Origin: an uncultured bacterium
GTDB taxonomy: Bacteria > Bacteroidota > Bacteroidia > CAILMK01
Assembly (NCBI GenBank): GCA_903829945.1
Contig: CAIKRV010000078.1
Coordinates: 38,077-102,076 of the forward strand
DNA: 64,000 bases
Direction of reading: 5' to 3'
A program made the translations under genes and the position numbers. Under the pieces are notes generated by a model that was given only the letters and a program-made list of their open reading frames with translations, was not told where the DNA came from and ran no database searches. Positions 30,592 to 40,761 of this stretch are shown piece after piece. Position 1 is the first letter of the stretch, and every line of letters starts with the position of its first letter.

Positions 30592-31260
30592 ATGACGCAT
30601 CTTGAATCAGAATTAAAAAAAATAAAGGATTCCACGCTGGAAATGATGCATATTGTGCGTACCCAGCTAAGTAAAGGGAAAGAGGCTTTAATGACTTCCA
30701 ACAAAGAATTAGCTTTGGAGGTTATGCACAATGAAAAACGAGTGAATGGCTATGAATTATTAATAGATAATAGTTGTGAAAACGTTATAGCATGTTTTAG
30801 TCCGGTGGCTATAGATTTGCGTTTTGTTTTGGCAACATTAAAAATCAATTATCATTTAGAGCGTATAGGGGATAATGCTGATGGAATTGCACGAAATGTT
30901 ATTGATATTAAGGAGCAATGGAATGATGAATTACTACGCAAATTGGAATTGGTAAAATCATTTGAAATTGCTGATGAAATGTTGGGTTATGTTTTGGACT
31001 CGTATGAAAATGAAGATACGAGTATGGCAAGAAAAGTATTTGAAAAGGATAAGTTTATTGATCATATAACTGATAATGCCCTTACCACTATTTCAGAATA
31101 TATAAAAGCAAATCATTCCAACGTTAATCAAGATTTATATTTACTTTTATTACATCGAAAATTAGAGCGTGTAGGAGATTTGGTTAAAAATATTGCTGAG
31201 GAAATTATCTTTTTTGTGGAAGCCAAAGTGTTAAAGCATAAAAAGGGACTAGAAGGATAA
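30592..31260 (+). CDS. phoU: Phosphate signaling protein PhoU
   Basis: PVAIDLRFV, LERIGDNA, KLERVGDLVKNIAE. Confidence 0.96.
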   Translation: MTHLESELKKIKDSTLEMMHIVRTQLSKGKEALMTSNKELALEVMHNEKRVNGYELLIDNSCENVIACFSPVAIDLRFVLATLKINYHLERIGDNADGIARNVIDIKEQWNDELLRKLELVKSFEIADEMLGYVLDSYENEDTSMARKVFEKDKFIDHITDNALTTISEYIKANHSNVNQDLYLLLLHRKLERVGDLVKNIAEEIIFFVEAKVLKHKKGLEG

Positions 31261-31283
31261 ATTAATTTTGAAGAATTGTATAT

Positions 31284-31310
31284 AAAGCGACTGAAGAGGT
31301 CGCTTTTTTT
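31284..31310 (+). terminator. Rho-independent terminator after phoU
   Basis: AAAGCGAC-N7-GTCGCTTT followed by a T run. Confidence 0.85.
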
Positions 31311-31376
31311 GTTCCTATTTGTTGGGTGATTCTGGCGCCTAAAGCGTTTTATCCCCTTTTTGCTTTATAATCTTTC

Positions 31377-31405
31377 ATTCACCGACAGAATTCCGGTATT
31401 TACCG
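31377..31405 (+). promoter_or_regulatory. Candidate LytTR-type direct-repeat operator
   Basis: ATTCACCG (31377) and ATTTACCG (31398), 21 bp apart, upstream of an operon encoding a LytTR regulator. Confidence 0.45.
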
Positions 31406-31483
31406 CCTTTCTCATTTTATCAACCTTTATTAGCTTGTGCATTCATTAAATTGTAGTGAAGTTTGTATTCATAAATCAATATT

Positions 31484-31606
31484 ATGAAAAATAATTTTTC
31501 TTCAAACGTTGCCAGAACAGCTATATTTGAATATTACCTAACAGAATGGTTGGACAATATAACTTTTGATTTAAGTTTTTTTAACTTACTAAATAATATA
31601 ATCTAA
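31484..31606 (+). CDS. Unannotated 40-aa ORF translationally coupled to the LiaF-like gene
   Basis: MKNNFSSNVARTAIFEYYLTEWLDNITFDLSFFNLLNNII*; TAA overlaps the next ATG (TAATG); A-rich start context. Confidence 0.5.
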   Translation: MKNNFSSNVARTAIFEYYLTEWLDNITFDLSFFNLLNNII

Positions 31607-32424
31607 TGGAAAAAATGGAACATTCAGAAGATGAATACAAACCGAAAAACAGAGGTGGGAGAGTCCTTGCCGGAATGATTGTGGTCTTTGTAGGTATTGT
31701 ATTTTTACTCAGACAGGTTGGATATTTTTTTCCGGAATGGTTGTTCACTTGGCCAATGATTTTAATTGCCATAGGTGTTTATTCCGGAGCTCAACATTCA
31801 TTTCGAAGTCGCGGATGGTTAATAATTGTAGGCATAGGACTAATATTTCTAGCACCTGATATTATGCCGGGAATTAATTTGTGGCGATACACTGTCCCGG
31901 CTATTATCATATTTGTCGGTATTATGATCATTCTTGGAAGCAATCGCAAAAAATGGAAAAAGGATTCATGGTTTAGAAACGAATATAATGACCAGTGGAA
32001 AGAAAATTATAAAGATAAATGGAAGGATTCTTGGAAGGGTTACGCGAGTCAAGGCATAAATTCTACAGAAGGAACGCCAAGTCATGACGATTATATTGAT
32101 ATAGTTTCCATATTTGGGGGTGTGCACAAACAAATTGTTTCCAAAACATTTAGGGGCGGTGATGTAGTAAATATTTTTGGAGGCAGTGAGCTCAATTTTA
32201 TGCAGGCAGATATTCAGGGAAACGTTTATTTGGAAACTACGCAAGTTTTTGGCGGCGCAAAAATAATAGTACCACGACATTGGAAAGTGGTATCCAATGT
32301 AAATGCTATATTTGGTGGCACGGATGATAAACGAATGATTCAAAATACTGAACAGGATCCCAATAAAGTACTGATTATAGAAGGCGTTTCGATATTCGGC
32401 GGCTTAGAGATTATTTGCTATTAA
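31606..32424 (+). CDS. LiaF-like membrane protein (N-terminal TM bundle + DUF2154-like beta domain)
   Basis: Four TM helices (WPMILIAIG); IFGG repeats (SIFGG, NIFGG, QVFGG, AIFGG) in the C-terminal domain. Confidence 0.85.
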   Translation: MEKMEHSEDEYKPKNRGGRVLAGMIVVFVGIVFLLRQVGYFFPEWLFTWPMILIAIGVYSGAQHSFRSRGWLIIVGIGLIFLAPDIMPGINLWRYTVPAIIIFVGIMIILGSNRKKWKKDSWFRNEYNDQWKENYKDKWKDSWKGYASQGINSTEGTPSHDDYIDIVSIFGGVHKQIVSKTFRGGDVVNIFGGSELNFMQADIQGNVYLETTQVFGGAKIIVPRHWKVVSNVNAIFGGTDDKRMIQNTEQDPNKVLIIEGVSIFGGLEIICY

Positions 32425-32437
32425 AATAAATATATTC

Positions 32438-33478
32438 TTGGCATCAACACCTTTATCGAATAGAAGTTTTTTGACTGCATGGCTACTAAGCTTAGCAGTT
32501 TGGTGCATTTTTCATGCATGGGTGATAAACCTAGCCGGATTTGATTGGGGAGTTTCGTTTCTGGATAGTATTATAAATAATGTAATATTATCTGTCATGT
32601 GCCTCACGGTAAGTAATAATTTAAAATACTATCGTCCCGGAAAATCGCGATATGCGTATCTTTTAGTATGGTGTTTAGCAATTTCAATTGTATGGCTTTT
32701 TATTTCGTTCAGCCTAATGAATCTTGTAATAACAAATAATGTAGCCTATTTAAATTTTCTTATCAACACCCTTGTGGTACGATTTGGCACAGGAGTGCTT
32801 ATAACAGGGTGTATAGCGATGTTGAGCTGGATGTGGTACAATTTGCAGGAGCAACAAGATTATGAGCATAGACGTGCCGAAGCGCTGAAACTGGCTCGTG
32901 ATGCCGAACTTTATAAACTTCGACAGCAGTTTAATCCGCATTTTATTTTTAATAGTTTAAATTCTATAAGTGCATTGTCCGGAAGCGCCCCTGAAAAGGC
33001 TAGATATATGATTCAACAATTATCTGATTTTCTTCGTGGTTCAATAAAAAAGGAAGAAGATGTTTTTATTACTTTGGAAGAAGAACTCTTGCATTTGAAT
33101 TTATATTTGGAAATTGAAAAAGTTCGATTTGGACATAGATTAAATAGCATTATTAATGTTCATGAAGATACTAAGGACTGTTTAATTCCTGCTCTAATTT
33201 TGCAACCATTGGTAGAAAATGCAATTAAATTTGGATTGTATGGTACCACAAATAAGGTTGAAATTTTAATAAAAGCAAACATTGAAAACAGTGTCCTTAG
33301 TATTCAAATTACAAATCCTTATGAAGAAGATTCATCTAGTAATATCAAAGGTACAGGCTTTGGTTTAAGTGCTACTAAACGAAGATTATTTTTGCTATAT
33401 GGTAGTGCAGCTGCCTTGGAAAGCGTAAAGGAAGAAAATAAATTTATGACCAGTTTGAAATTGCCCTCAAATAAATGA
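32438..33478 (+). CDS. LytS-type sensor histidine kinase
   Basis: LRQQFNPHFIFNSLNSI, YLEIEKVRF, LQPLVENAIKFG, GTGFGL. Confidence 0.95.
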   Translation: MASTPLSNRSFLTAWLLSLAVWCIFHAWVINLAGFDWGVSFLDSIINNVILSVMCLTVSNNLKYYRPGKSRYAYLLVWCLAISIVWLFISFSLMNLVITNNVAYLNFLINTLVVRFGTGVLITGCIAMLSWMWYNLQEQQDYEHRRAEALKLARDAELYKLRQQFNPHFIFNSLNSISALSGSAPEKARYMIQQLSDFLRGSIKKEEDVFITLEEELLHLNLYLEIEKVRFGHRLNSIINVHEDTKDCLIPALILQPLVENAIKFGLYGTTNKVEILIKANIENSVLSIQITNPYEEDSSSNIKGTGFGLSATKRRLFLLYGSAAALESVKEENKFMTSLKLPSNK

Positions 33479-34209
33479 AAAAGATAATTTTAATAGACGA
33501 TGAACCTTTAGCGAGATTAATTCTGAAAGAATATTTATCTACTTATCCAATGTTGGAAATTGTAGCAGAATGCAATGATGGATTTGAAGGGATAAAGGCA
33601 ATTGTAGAAAATAAACCTGACCTTATTTTCCTTGATATACAAATGCCGAAAATAAGCGGTTTTGAAATGTTAGAATTGTTAGAACAAGCTCCAGCGGTAA
33701 TTTTTACTACTGCATTTGACGAATACGCCTTAAAGGCATTTGATGAAAATGCCATTGATTATTTATTAAAACCATTTAGCAAAGAACGTTTTGATAAGGC
33801 ACTGAAAAAATGGCTCGAATCATCAGCCGTCAATAATGAAGGATTTGAGCACTTAATAAATTCTGTTAATCAGTTACAAGATAAGCAAAGAGTGGTGGTA
33901 AAAAACGGTACCAAAATAAGAATTATCCCGGTGCATGAAATTATGTTTTTTGAGGCATATGATGATTTTGTAAAAGTTCATACAGCAGAGGGGATATTCC
34001 TAAAAAATAAAACGATGACGTATTTTGAAAAAACGTTATCACCGCTTCAATTTACGAGAGTACATCGTTCTTTTATTATCAAGCAGGATGAAATAATAAA
34101 AATTGAACCATTTGAAAAGGAATCACATGTTGCAATTCTTAGAAATGGAGCCAGAATTCCTATTAGTAAATCAGGATATGCAAAGTTGAAAGAATCCTTA
34201 GGAATTTAA
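33475..34209 (+). CDS. LytTR-family response regulator
   Basis: IDDEPLAR, FLDIQMP, FTTAFDEYA, DYLLKP, FTRVHRSFII. Confidence 0.96.
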   Translation: MKKIILIDDEPLARLILKEYLSTYPMLEIVAECNDGFEGIKAIVENKPDLIFLDIQMPKISGFEMLELLEQAPAVIFTTAFDEYALKAFDENAIDYLLKPFSKERFDKALKKWLESSAVNNEGFEHLINSVNQLQDKQRVVVKNGTKIRIIPVHEIMFFEAYDDFVKVHTAEGIFLKNKTMTYFEKTLSPLQFTRVHRSFIIKQDEIIKIEPFEKESHVAILRNGARIPISKSGYAKLKESLGI

Positions 34210-34284
34210 TTGATTTATGTGGATGCTATAAAAATTTAAACATCTACATTCAGCGCAAATAGTTAGTTCTATTATTAAGCGAAC

Positions 34285-34785
34285 TTAATTCCCAGGTATT
34301 CTTACCGGAGTTTGTTTGGCCGGGTCTTCTGATAATGGTGTAATTACTTCTCCTTTTATGTAAAGAACTTTGCTTTGATCAGGGATATTAGTAGTTACCG
34401 TAATTGATTTAGTAAAGGTACCATGTCCTGAATTGGAATTATAGGCAGCTTCAATATATCCGGTGGCACCGGGGGCTACCGGCTCTTTGCTCCAACTTGG
34501 GGTAGTACATCCACAGGAAGGACGAACATTTACAATTACAAGGGCTTGGTTTCCGGTATTTCTAAACTTAAATTGATACTTGGCTATATTACCTTTTTCA
34601 ATCTTTCCAAAATCATATTCATCTTTTTCAAACGTAATTACCGGACCGTCCTTTTTGGTAGTGGCAGCTTTTTCAGCAGGTTTGCCCGCGGTATTTGCTT
34701 TTTGGCCCCCCGGTTTTTGTGTTTGGGAATTCAGGGAAAGAATGGAAATAATAAGGAAAAGAGGTAGTAAGCGTAGTGTTTTCAT
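34285..34785 (-). CDS. DUF1573 domain exported protein
   Basis: YDFGKI, FKFRNTG, VRPSCGCTTP, PVAPG; signal peptide from MKTLRLL. Confidence 0.9.
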   Translation of the reverse strand: MKTLRLLPLFLIISILSLNSQTQKPGGQKANTAGKPAEKAATTKKDGPVITFEKDEYDFGKIEKGNIAKYQFKFRNTGNQALVIVNVRPSCGCTTPSWSKEPVAPGATGYIEAAYNSNSGHGTFTKSITVTTNIPDQSKVLYIKGEVITPLSEDPAKQTPVRIPGN

Positions 34786-34804
34786 AAAGTTGTTTATTAG
34801 ATAC

Positions 34805-34837
34805 AAGACCTTCCGGATAACAATCACGGAAGGTCTT
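34805..34837 (-). terminator. Stem-loop between the two DUF1573 genes (terminator or stabiliser)
   Basis: AAGACCTTCCG-N11-CGGAAGGTCTT, perfect 11-bp stem; weak U tail. Confidence 0.6.
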
Positions 34838-34893
34838 TATAATTTTTCAACAAAATGCCAAATTATATTGGCCATTGATGCTTAAAGCATTAA

Positions 34894-35370
34894 TTATTTC
34901 TTTTTCTCAGCAGGCTTAGCATTAGTAGCAGGAGCTACTGCAGGCTTAGCAGGCATAGCGCCTTTTTCTTTAACTTCACCGCGAATGGTAACGAATTGAT
35001 CCTTGCCATCACCCAAATTAGATTGAATGCTTAGTGTTTTGGTAAATTGACCTAAACGACCGGCAGAGTGAAAAGTAGCAGTGATTTCACCAGTTTTGCC
35101 AGGCATAATTGGTTCTTTGGACCAACCTGGAGAAGTACAACCGCAAGGTGTATTTACGTTATTAATAATTAACGGAGCAGTACCAGTATTTTTAAATTTG
35201 AAAGCATGTGTGTAATCCGGTCCTTCTTCTACAGCACCAAAATCATACGTGGTTTCAACAAATTGGATAGCGGGTTCACCTGCTGCTTTTTCTGCTTTTT
35301 TATCTTGTGCGAAAGCTGTGGTTGATATGCCGGCAAAAGCTAAAGCGGCAATAATGAATAACTTTTTCAT
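34894..35370 (-). CDS. DUF1573 domain exported protein
   Basis: YDFGAV, FKFKNTG, TPCGCTSP, PIMPG; signal peptide. Confidence 0.9.
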   Translation of the reverse strand: MKKLFIIAALAFAGISTTAFAQDKKAEKAAGEPAIQFVETTYDFGAVEEGPDYTHAFKFKNTGTAPLIINNVNTPCGCTSPGWSKEPIMPGKTGEITATFHSAGRLGQFTKTLSIQSNLGDGKDQFVTIRGEVKEKGAMPAKPAVAPATNAKPAEKKK

Positions 35371-35478
35371 AAGTGTTTGCTAAAATTTAATTGTTGTTAT
35401 GGTTAGTGTTTTACAAATGTCCTGCCAAAAGTCCATTTATATGCGAATTTATAAAATTTTTTTAAAAACCTGAAGTAT

Positions 35479-37083
35479 TTAAGCAAAAAGTCTTGCTAAT
35501 ACTCTAAAAATGAAGTATATAAAATATATACCCAATCCTAGGTACAGACTAATTTTACCCATTAGGTCTCCAAATTGGGCATAAAATGTATCCTTCGTTT
35601 TCAACACGATAGGGCTTTTTATAGCTTTTTCGGTCCACCAAGCTGTTGTTTTTTGCAAACTGCCATCCGATTGAATGAAGCATGAAGTGCCGGTATTGGC
35701 TGCTCTAACTATAAACATTCTTTCCTCAATGGCCCTCAATTGGGCGTACATTACATGTTGTTTATATCCATCAGTATTTTCCCACCAACCATCGTTGGTG
35801 AAGATAGTGATTATGTTTGCGCCTTTTCGTACATATTGACTGATATATTCCCCAAAAATGGATTCATAGCAAATAACAGGGGCAGCCACAATTTTATCTG
35901 AAACTTTAAATACCGAAGGTTCTTTTTGTGTGCCTAGGCTTCCACCTCCGCCTCCCATATTTATTGCGAAGCTCCCTAAAAAGCTTAAAGCATGTTCAAA
36001 TGGGATAACCTCTACGCCGGGAACTAATCTACTTTTATGGTAAACGGATACTTCTTGACCACTATCCATTAATATTCCTGAATTGAAAATATCATACCAT
36101 ATGCCAGTTCGAACTGATAAATGTGCGCTTTCACTTTTTGTTTCTTTCGTGTATTCCTGATATGAATTCATTCCACTAATCAATTTTATTTTTGGATGTT
36201 TTTTCAAAAATGTTCTGATTTCTATTATAGAATGAAATTGATTAATATAAGATTCATTTATTTCTTCCGTTATTGCTGTTTCCGGCCACACCAATAAAAT
36301 GGTATTGGTGTCTATTAATGATTCGCTCAGTCGAATTAAAGTATTTAATTGCTGTGCAGCGTTTCCTGAAAATTTTTGATATGGATCTATGTTAGGTTGA
36401 ACTGCAACTGCATTTTGTAATTCCCCTTTAGGTGGAATGGGTTTGATTAAATAAGAAAAAATAATCGGAAATGCAATGACAATGAAACTTAAACTAATTA
36501 TTTTATAACTTTTCTTAGGATCAGATTTAAAATTTTTAATAGCTTCAAATATTAAAATATTTACTATCCATATCCATAAAGTCCCTCCTTCAAATCCTGT
36601 ATATTCATACCATTGTATCCAATTGGGCTGACCGGCCCAGCAATTTCCTAAATTGAGCCAGGGCCAATTGCCGTCCCAATTTAAATGGAAATATTCAAAT
36701 CCCATCCAAAAAATACATAGGGCTATATAGGCATATTTTTTTGCCAATCGCTTTTGTATAAAATGAAACCACATAAATGGTATACACATCAACAAAGCGT
36801 TACATAAAATTGCAAGGACTGCACCACCCGGTGAGGCATACCATATCCACCAAGTTGTAAAAATATTCCATAATAAGAAAGTAAAGAAGGATACAAAAAA
36901 CACCTTAGATCCGGGTTTTGCACTTTCGTTACGAATATGATTTTCCATCATCAGTAAAGGTACAAAGCCTAGAAAAATCAGATAATTTAAATGCAAAGGA
37001 GGCCATGCTAAATATAGCATTAACGCACCAAGTAAAATTAATCCGCTATAAGTAAAAATATTATTTCTTTCCTTCCACAACAA
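35479..37083 (-). CDS. lnt: Apolipoprotein N-acyltransferase
   Basis: WPWLNLG, VQPNID, VWPETA, YHKSRLVPG, ICYES, TNDGWW, RAANTG. Confidence 0.95.
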   Translation of the reverse strand: MLWKERNNIFTYSGLILLGALMLYLAWPPLHLNYLIFLGFVPLLMMENHIRNESAKPGSKVFFVSFFTFLLWNIFTTWWIWYASPGGAVLAILCNALLMCIPFMWFHFIQKRLAKKYAYIALCIFWMGFEYFHLNWDGNWPWLNLGNCWAGQPNWIQWYEYTGFEGGTLWIWIVNILIFEAIKNFKSDPKKSYKIISLSFIVIAFPIIFSYLIKPIPPKGELQNAVAVQPNIDPYQKFSGNAAQQLNTLIRLSESLIDTNTILLVWPETAITEEINESYINQFHSIIEIRTFLKKHPKIKLISGMNSYQEYTKETKSESAHLSVRTGIWYDIFNSGILMDSGQEVSVYHKSRLVPGVEVIPFEHALSFLGSFAINMGGGGGSLGTQKEPSVFKVSDKIVAAPVICYESIFGEYISQYVRKGANIITIFTNDGWWENTDGYKQHVMYAQLRAIEERMFIVRAANTGTSCFIQSDGSLQKTTAWWTEKAIKSPIVLKTKDTFYAQFGDLMGKISLYLGLGIYFIYFIFRVLARLFA

Positions 37084-37726
37084 TTACAAATTCTCCTTTT
37101 ATAGTTCCTGATTTTAATTTTTCTGAAATTTCTCCCAATGTTCCATTCATGGTTTCTTCAAATACTTTTGTTAATTCTCGCGAAACAGATGCACGACGAT
37201 CAGTCCCAAAATATTCAATAAACTGTTCTATGGTTTTTTCAATACGATGTACACTTTCATAAAATATCATGGTTCTTTCTTCCTCACTTAATAATTTTAA
37301 GCGAGTACTTCTTCCCTTTTTATGCGGGAGAAAACCTTCAAAGCAAAATTTATCAGATGGTAAGCCTGATTTAATTAATGCAGGTACAAACGCAGTGGCC
37401 CCCGGTAAACATATTACCTCAATTTCATTTTCCAAACAATTTTTTACAAGTAAATAGGCGGGATCTGAAATGCCCGGCGTTCCTGCATCAGATACCAAAC
37501 AATATTTTTTTCCTGTTTGTAATTCTTCAGCAATTTGTTTGGCTATTTGATGCTCATTATGCATATGATATGCACGCAAAGGTGTATGAATATCATAATG
37601 CGCTAATACTTTTCTGCTAACTCTCGTATCTTCAGCAAGTATCAAATCGGCACTACGCAATTCGTTTAGTGCGCGTAAAGTAATATCTTCCATATTTCCT
37701 ATGGGTGTAGGAATTATAATTAGCAT
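37061..37726 (-). CDS. rsmI: 16S rRNA (cytidine1402-2'-O)-methyltransferase
   Basis: PTPIGNMEDIT, AEDTR, VSDAGTPGISDP, FEGFLP, RELTK, KGEFVIVV. Confidence 0.97.
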   Translation of the reverse strand: MLIIIPTPIGNMEDITLRALNELRSADLILAEDTRVSRKVLAHYDIHTPLRAYHMHNEHQIAKQIAEELQTGKKYCLVSDAGTPGISDPAYLLVKNCLENEIEVICLPGATAFVPALIKSGLPSDKFCFEGFLPHKKGRSTRLKLLSEEERTMIFYESVHRIEKTIEQFIEYFGTDRRASVSRELTKVFEETMNGTLGEISEKLKSGTIKGEFVIVVEGKK

Positions 37727-37774
37727 ATTTCAAATTTAATACTGTTATTGTAGGAAAATCGCATATTTAATAAT

Positions 37775-40210
37775 TTATTCTCTGTGATAAACTCTTTTTA
37801 CTCTTTGGGATATGCTAGTTAAAACTTCATAAGGAATAGTATTCATCGCTTTTGCCATGTTATATATACTATGCTCAGCATTAAAAATAATCACTTCATC
37901 ACCTTCATTGACTGGTATTCCACTGATGTCAATCATACACATATCCATGCAAATATTTCCAATGGTGGGCACTTCCTTTCCATGAATATAAACTTTCCCT
38001 TTTCCATTTCCAAGCATTCTCGGGAATCCATCTGCATATCCTATTTCGATGGTAGCGATAGTTGTGTTTTGTTGAACTATGGCATTTCTTGAATATCCAA
38101 CGCTTTCTCCAGCAGGAATATTTTTAATTTGTGAGATATGTGATTTTAAGGTGCTGACGCATTCTAGCTGTTGCATAACTTCTGGATCAGGATCTAATCC
38201 AAACATTCCAATTCCTAAGCGGACCATATTATATTGTGCTTCCGGAAAGCGCGTGATTCCGGCAGTATTTAAAGCATGAAATAAAATAGGATAATTTAAT
38301 GCTTTTGCTAAAATGTTTTTAGTATGATCAAATAAGGATATTTGTTTTTTTGTAAATGCATCATGCTCGGAATTATCTGTTGAGGCCAAGTGAGTAAATA
38401 TAGATTTTACCTCTAAAAAATTAAATTTAGTAAGTACAGATATTAATTCATTTATTTGATTTTCTTCAAAGCCTAAACGATGCATTCCGGAATCAATTTT
38501 TATATGAATTGGAAATGTTTTTACATTTTTCCGTGAAATAAAATTTCCAAATTCATTTAAAAGTTTAATACTATATATTTCCGGTTCTAATTGATAACTA
38601 AAAATGCTTTCGAATGAAGATACATCAGGATTCATTACCATGATGGGCATACTTATCCCATGTTGTCTTAGATATATCCCTTCATCAGTATAGGCTACAG
38701 CCAAATAATTTACTTTATGATGTTGTAAAACATTTGCTATTTCATGGGCTCCTCCACCGTAGGAGGAAGCTTTTACCATGGCCATTATCTTTACCTCTGG
38801 TTTTAAATAGGAACGATAGACATTTAAATTATGTATAATGGAATTCAGATTGATTTCCATAACGGTTGCATGGGCTTTTTGTTGTAATCGAACGGCAATG
38901 CGTTCTAAATTAAAGCTTCTACTTCCTTTTATAAGTATGGCTTCATTCTGGAAATTCATTTGATCAATTTCAGCCAATAACGCATCAGTGCTTAAATAAA
39001 AATATCCACTAGTAAAAACTTTATTAAGAGCTTGCATTGATTTACCTAAACCAATAAATTTATCAATATTATGATGCTTTAAAATGGAGGAAATCTCTTC
39101 TAATAATTCGTATTCTGTTTTTCCGCTTTCAAAAATATCTGAAAGTATTATTGTTTTTTTACTGTTTTGTTTCTGTTGTTCTAAAACATCCAGCGCGATA
39201 CTTAAAGAAGCAGTATCTGAATTATAAGAATCATTAATTATGGTGCAGCCATTAATACCTTCTTTAATTTCCAGTCGCATTTCAATGGCACTAAGTTCCA
39301 TAATTCCATTTTGAATATCATTAGGTGATATTCCTAAATATCGCAAGCAAGTATAGCATTGCATACAATTTTGAATAGAGGCGCTATCCTTGAACGGAAT
39401 TATTAATTCTGTCGTATTTCCTGCTTCTAAAAGTTTTAATGCAGTTCCTTTTAGGTTTGGAGAAGTTTCTTGAATTTGTATATTGGCCTTGTTGCTTACT
39501 CCCCATGTAAAACTATTGTTAATTCCTTCCAATAATACATCATTTCCAATAACAACTTTAATGTCTTTAAATAATTTTAATTTTTCTAATTTCTTTTCTA
39601 GTGAGTTTGAAAAATTTGCTTGATGTGCATTTCCTATATTGGTTAAAATTCCAATATCCGGTTTAAGAATTAACTCAAGTTTTTCCATTTCACCGGGAAA
39701 TGATATACCTGCTTCGAAAATACCTATGGTATGTTTTGGATTTAATTGACATACAGAAATTGGAACTCCAATTTGAGAGTTATAGCTCTTTGGACTTTTG
39801 CATACCCGATAATAGTTTTCCAATAATTGTGCGAGCCATTCTTTAACTATAGTTTTTCCATTGCTTCCTGTAATTCCTATAATTGGAATATTAAATTTAC
39901 TTCTATGTATGGCAGCAATTTTTTGGAGGGCATTTATGGCAGATGGCCATATTAAATAATTGCAATCTGCAGGTAATTTAGTAACACTTGATTCTTGTTC
40001 TAAAATAAAATTTCTTATGCCTTTTTCATAGCATTCTTCTAAGTATTGATGGCCATCACCGGTTTTACTTTTGATGGCAAAAAATAAGGTTTGTTCAGGA
40101 ATTCGAATACTTCTGCTATCTGTACCTATATAATACAACTTGGTGTCATTGACTACCCGATAGGGTGTAGCCGGAAACATAGCTAATATGTCAGAAAAAG
40201 AGTATTGCAC
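37775..40210 (-). CDS. alr: Bifunctional MurF-like ligase / alanine racemase fusion
   Basis: Mur ligase ITGSNGKT and INDSYN; Alr AMVKASSYG, IDSGMHRLG, IGYADG, ICMDM, TIPYE. GTG 40210 is the likely start; the ORF extends to 40243. Confidence 0.95.
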   Translation of the reverse strand: MQYSFSDILAMFPATPYRVVNDTKLYYIGTDSRSIRIPEQTLFFAIKSKTGDGHQYLEECYEKGIRNFILEQESSVTKLPADCNYLIWPSAINALQKIAAIHRSKFNIPIIGITGSNGKTIVKEWLAQLLENYYRVCKSPKSYNSQIGVPISVCQLNPKHTIGIFEAGISFPGEMEKLELILKPDIGILTNIGNAHQANFSNSLEKKLEKLKLFKDIKVVIGNDVLLEGINNSFTWGVSNKANIQIQETSPNLKGTALKLLEAGNTTELIIPFKDSASIQNCMQCYTCLRYLGISPNDIQNGIMELSAIEMRLEIKEGINGCTIINDSYNSDTASLSIALDVLEQQKQNSKKTIILSDIFESGKTEYELLEEISSILKHHNIDKFIGLGKSMQALNKVFTSGYFYLSTDALLAEIDQMNFQNEAILIKGSRSFNLERIAVRLQQKAHATVMEINLNSIIHNLNVYRSYLKPEVKIMAMVKASSYGGGAHEIANVLQHHKVNYLAVAYTDEGIYLRQHGISMPIMVMNPDVSSFESIFSYQLEPEIYSIKLLNEFGNFISRKNVKTFPIHIKIDSGMHRLGFEENQINELISVLTKFNFLEVKSIFTHLASTDNSEHDAFTKKQISLFDHTKNILAKALNYPILFHALNTAGITRFPEAQYNMVRLGIGMFGLDPDPEVMQQLECVSTLKSHISQIKNIPAGESVGYSRNAIVQQNTTIATIEIGYADGFPRMLGNGKGKVYIHGKEVPTIGNICMDMCMIDISGIPVNEGDEVIIFNAEHSIYNMAKAMNTIPYEVLTSISQRVKRVYHRE

Positions 40211-40278
40211 TTTAATGGACGAAAATAGCGATTTTCTTTGCACTTTTGCAATAAATGTGCCGTCACCGGTAATAATTC

Positions 40279-40761
40279 ATGCGACCACCCAGAAAATACA
40301 CTTATACTGATGCCTTGCAGAGAATGCGACGTTATTGTGCTTATCAAGAACGTTGCCACAAAGAAGTTAAGGATAAACTTTATACCTGGGGTATGGATAC
40401 AGAAGAAATAGGAAGAATTTTGGTTCAACTTATTGAAGAAAAATACCTGAATGAAGAAAGATATACGAAAGCTATTATTGGAGGTAAATTTAGGCAGAAG
40501 GGTTGGGGGCGAATTAAAATAACCCAAGCTTTGAAATCAAAAGGGATCGTAAGTAACCTAATTAATTATTCCTTAACAGAAATTGATGAAAAGGAATACC
40601 GCATAAAGCTCAAAGAGCTTTTAATTAAAAAATTAAATACCCTGAAGGCAGAGCATCCATTGGCCAAAAAGCATAAAATGGCTAGATATGCCATAGGCAA
40701 AGGTTATGAATCGGAATTGGTTTGGATGATAATTGAGGAAATTTTATTGGAAAGTGAATAG
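40279..40761 (+). CDS. recX: Regulatory protein RecX
   Basis: YCAYQERCHKEV, YLNEERY, WGRIKITQAL, KGYE. Confidence 0.94.
   Translation: MRPPRKYTYTDALQRMRRYCAYQERCHKEVKDKLYTWGMDTEEIGRILVQLIEEKYLNEERYTKAIIGGKFRQKGWGRIKITQALKSKGIVSNLINYSLTEIDEKEYRIKLKELLIKKLNTLKAEHPLAKKHKMARYAIGKGYESELVWMIIEEILLESE

Noticed and set aside
37775-40243. MurF-alanine racemase fusion
   Set aside because: Standard in Bacteroidetes.
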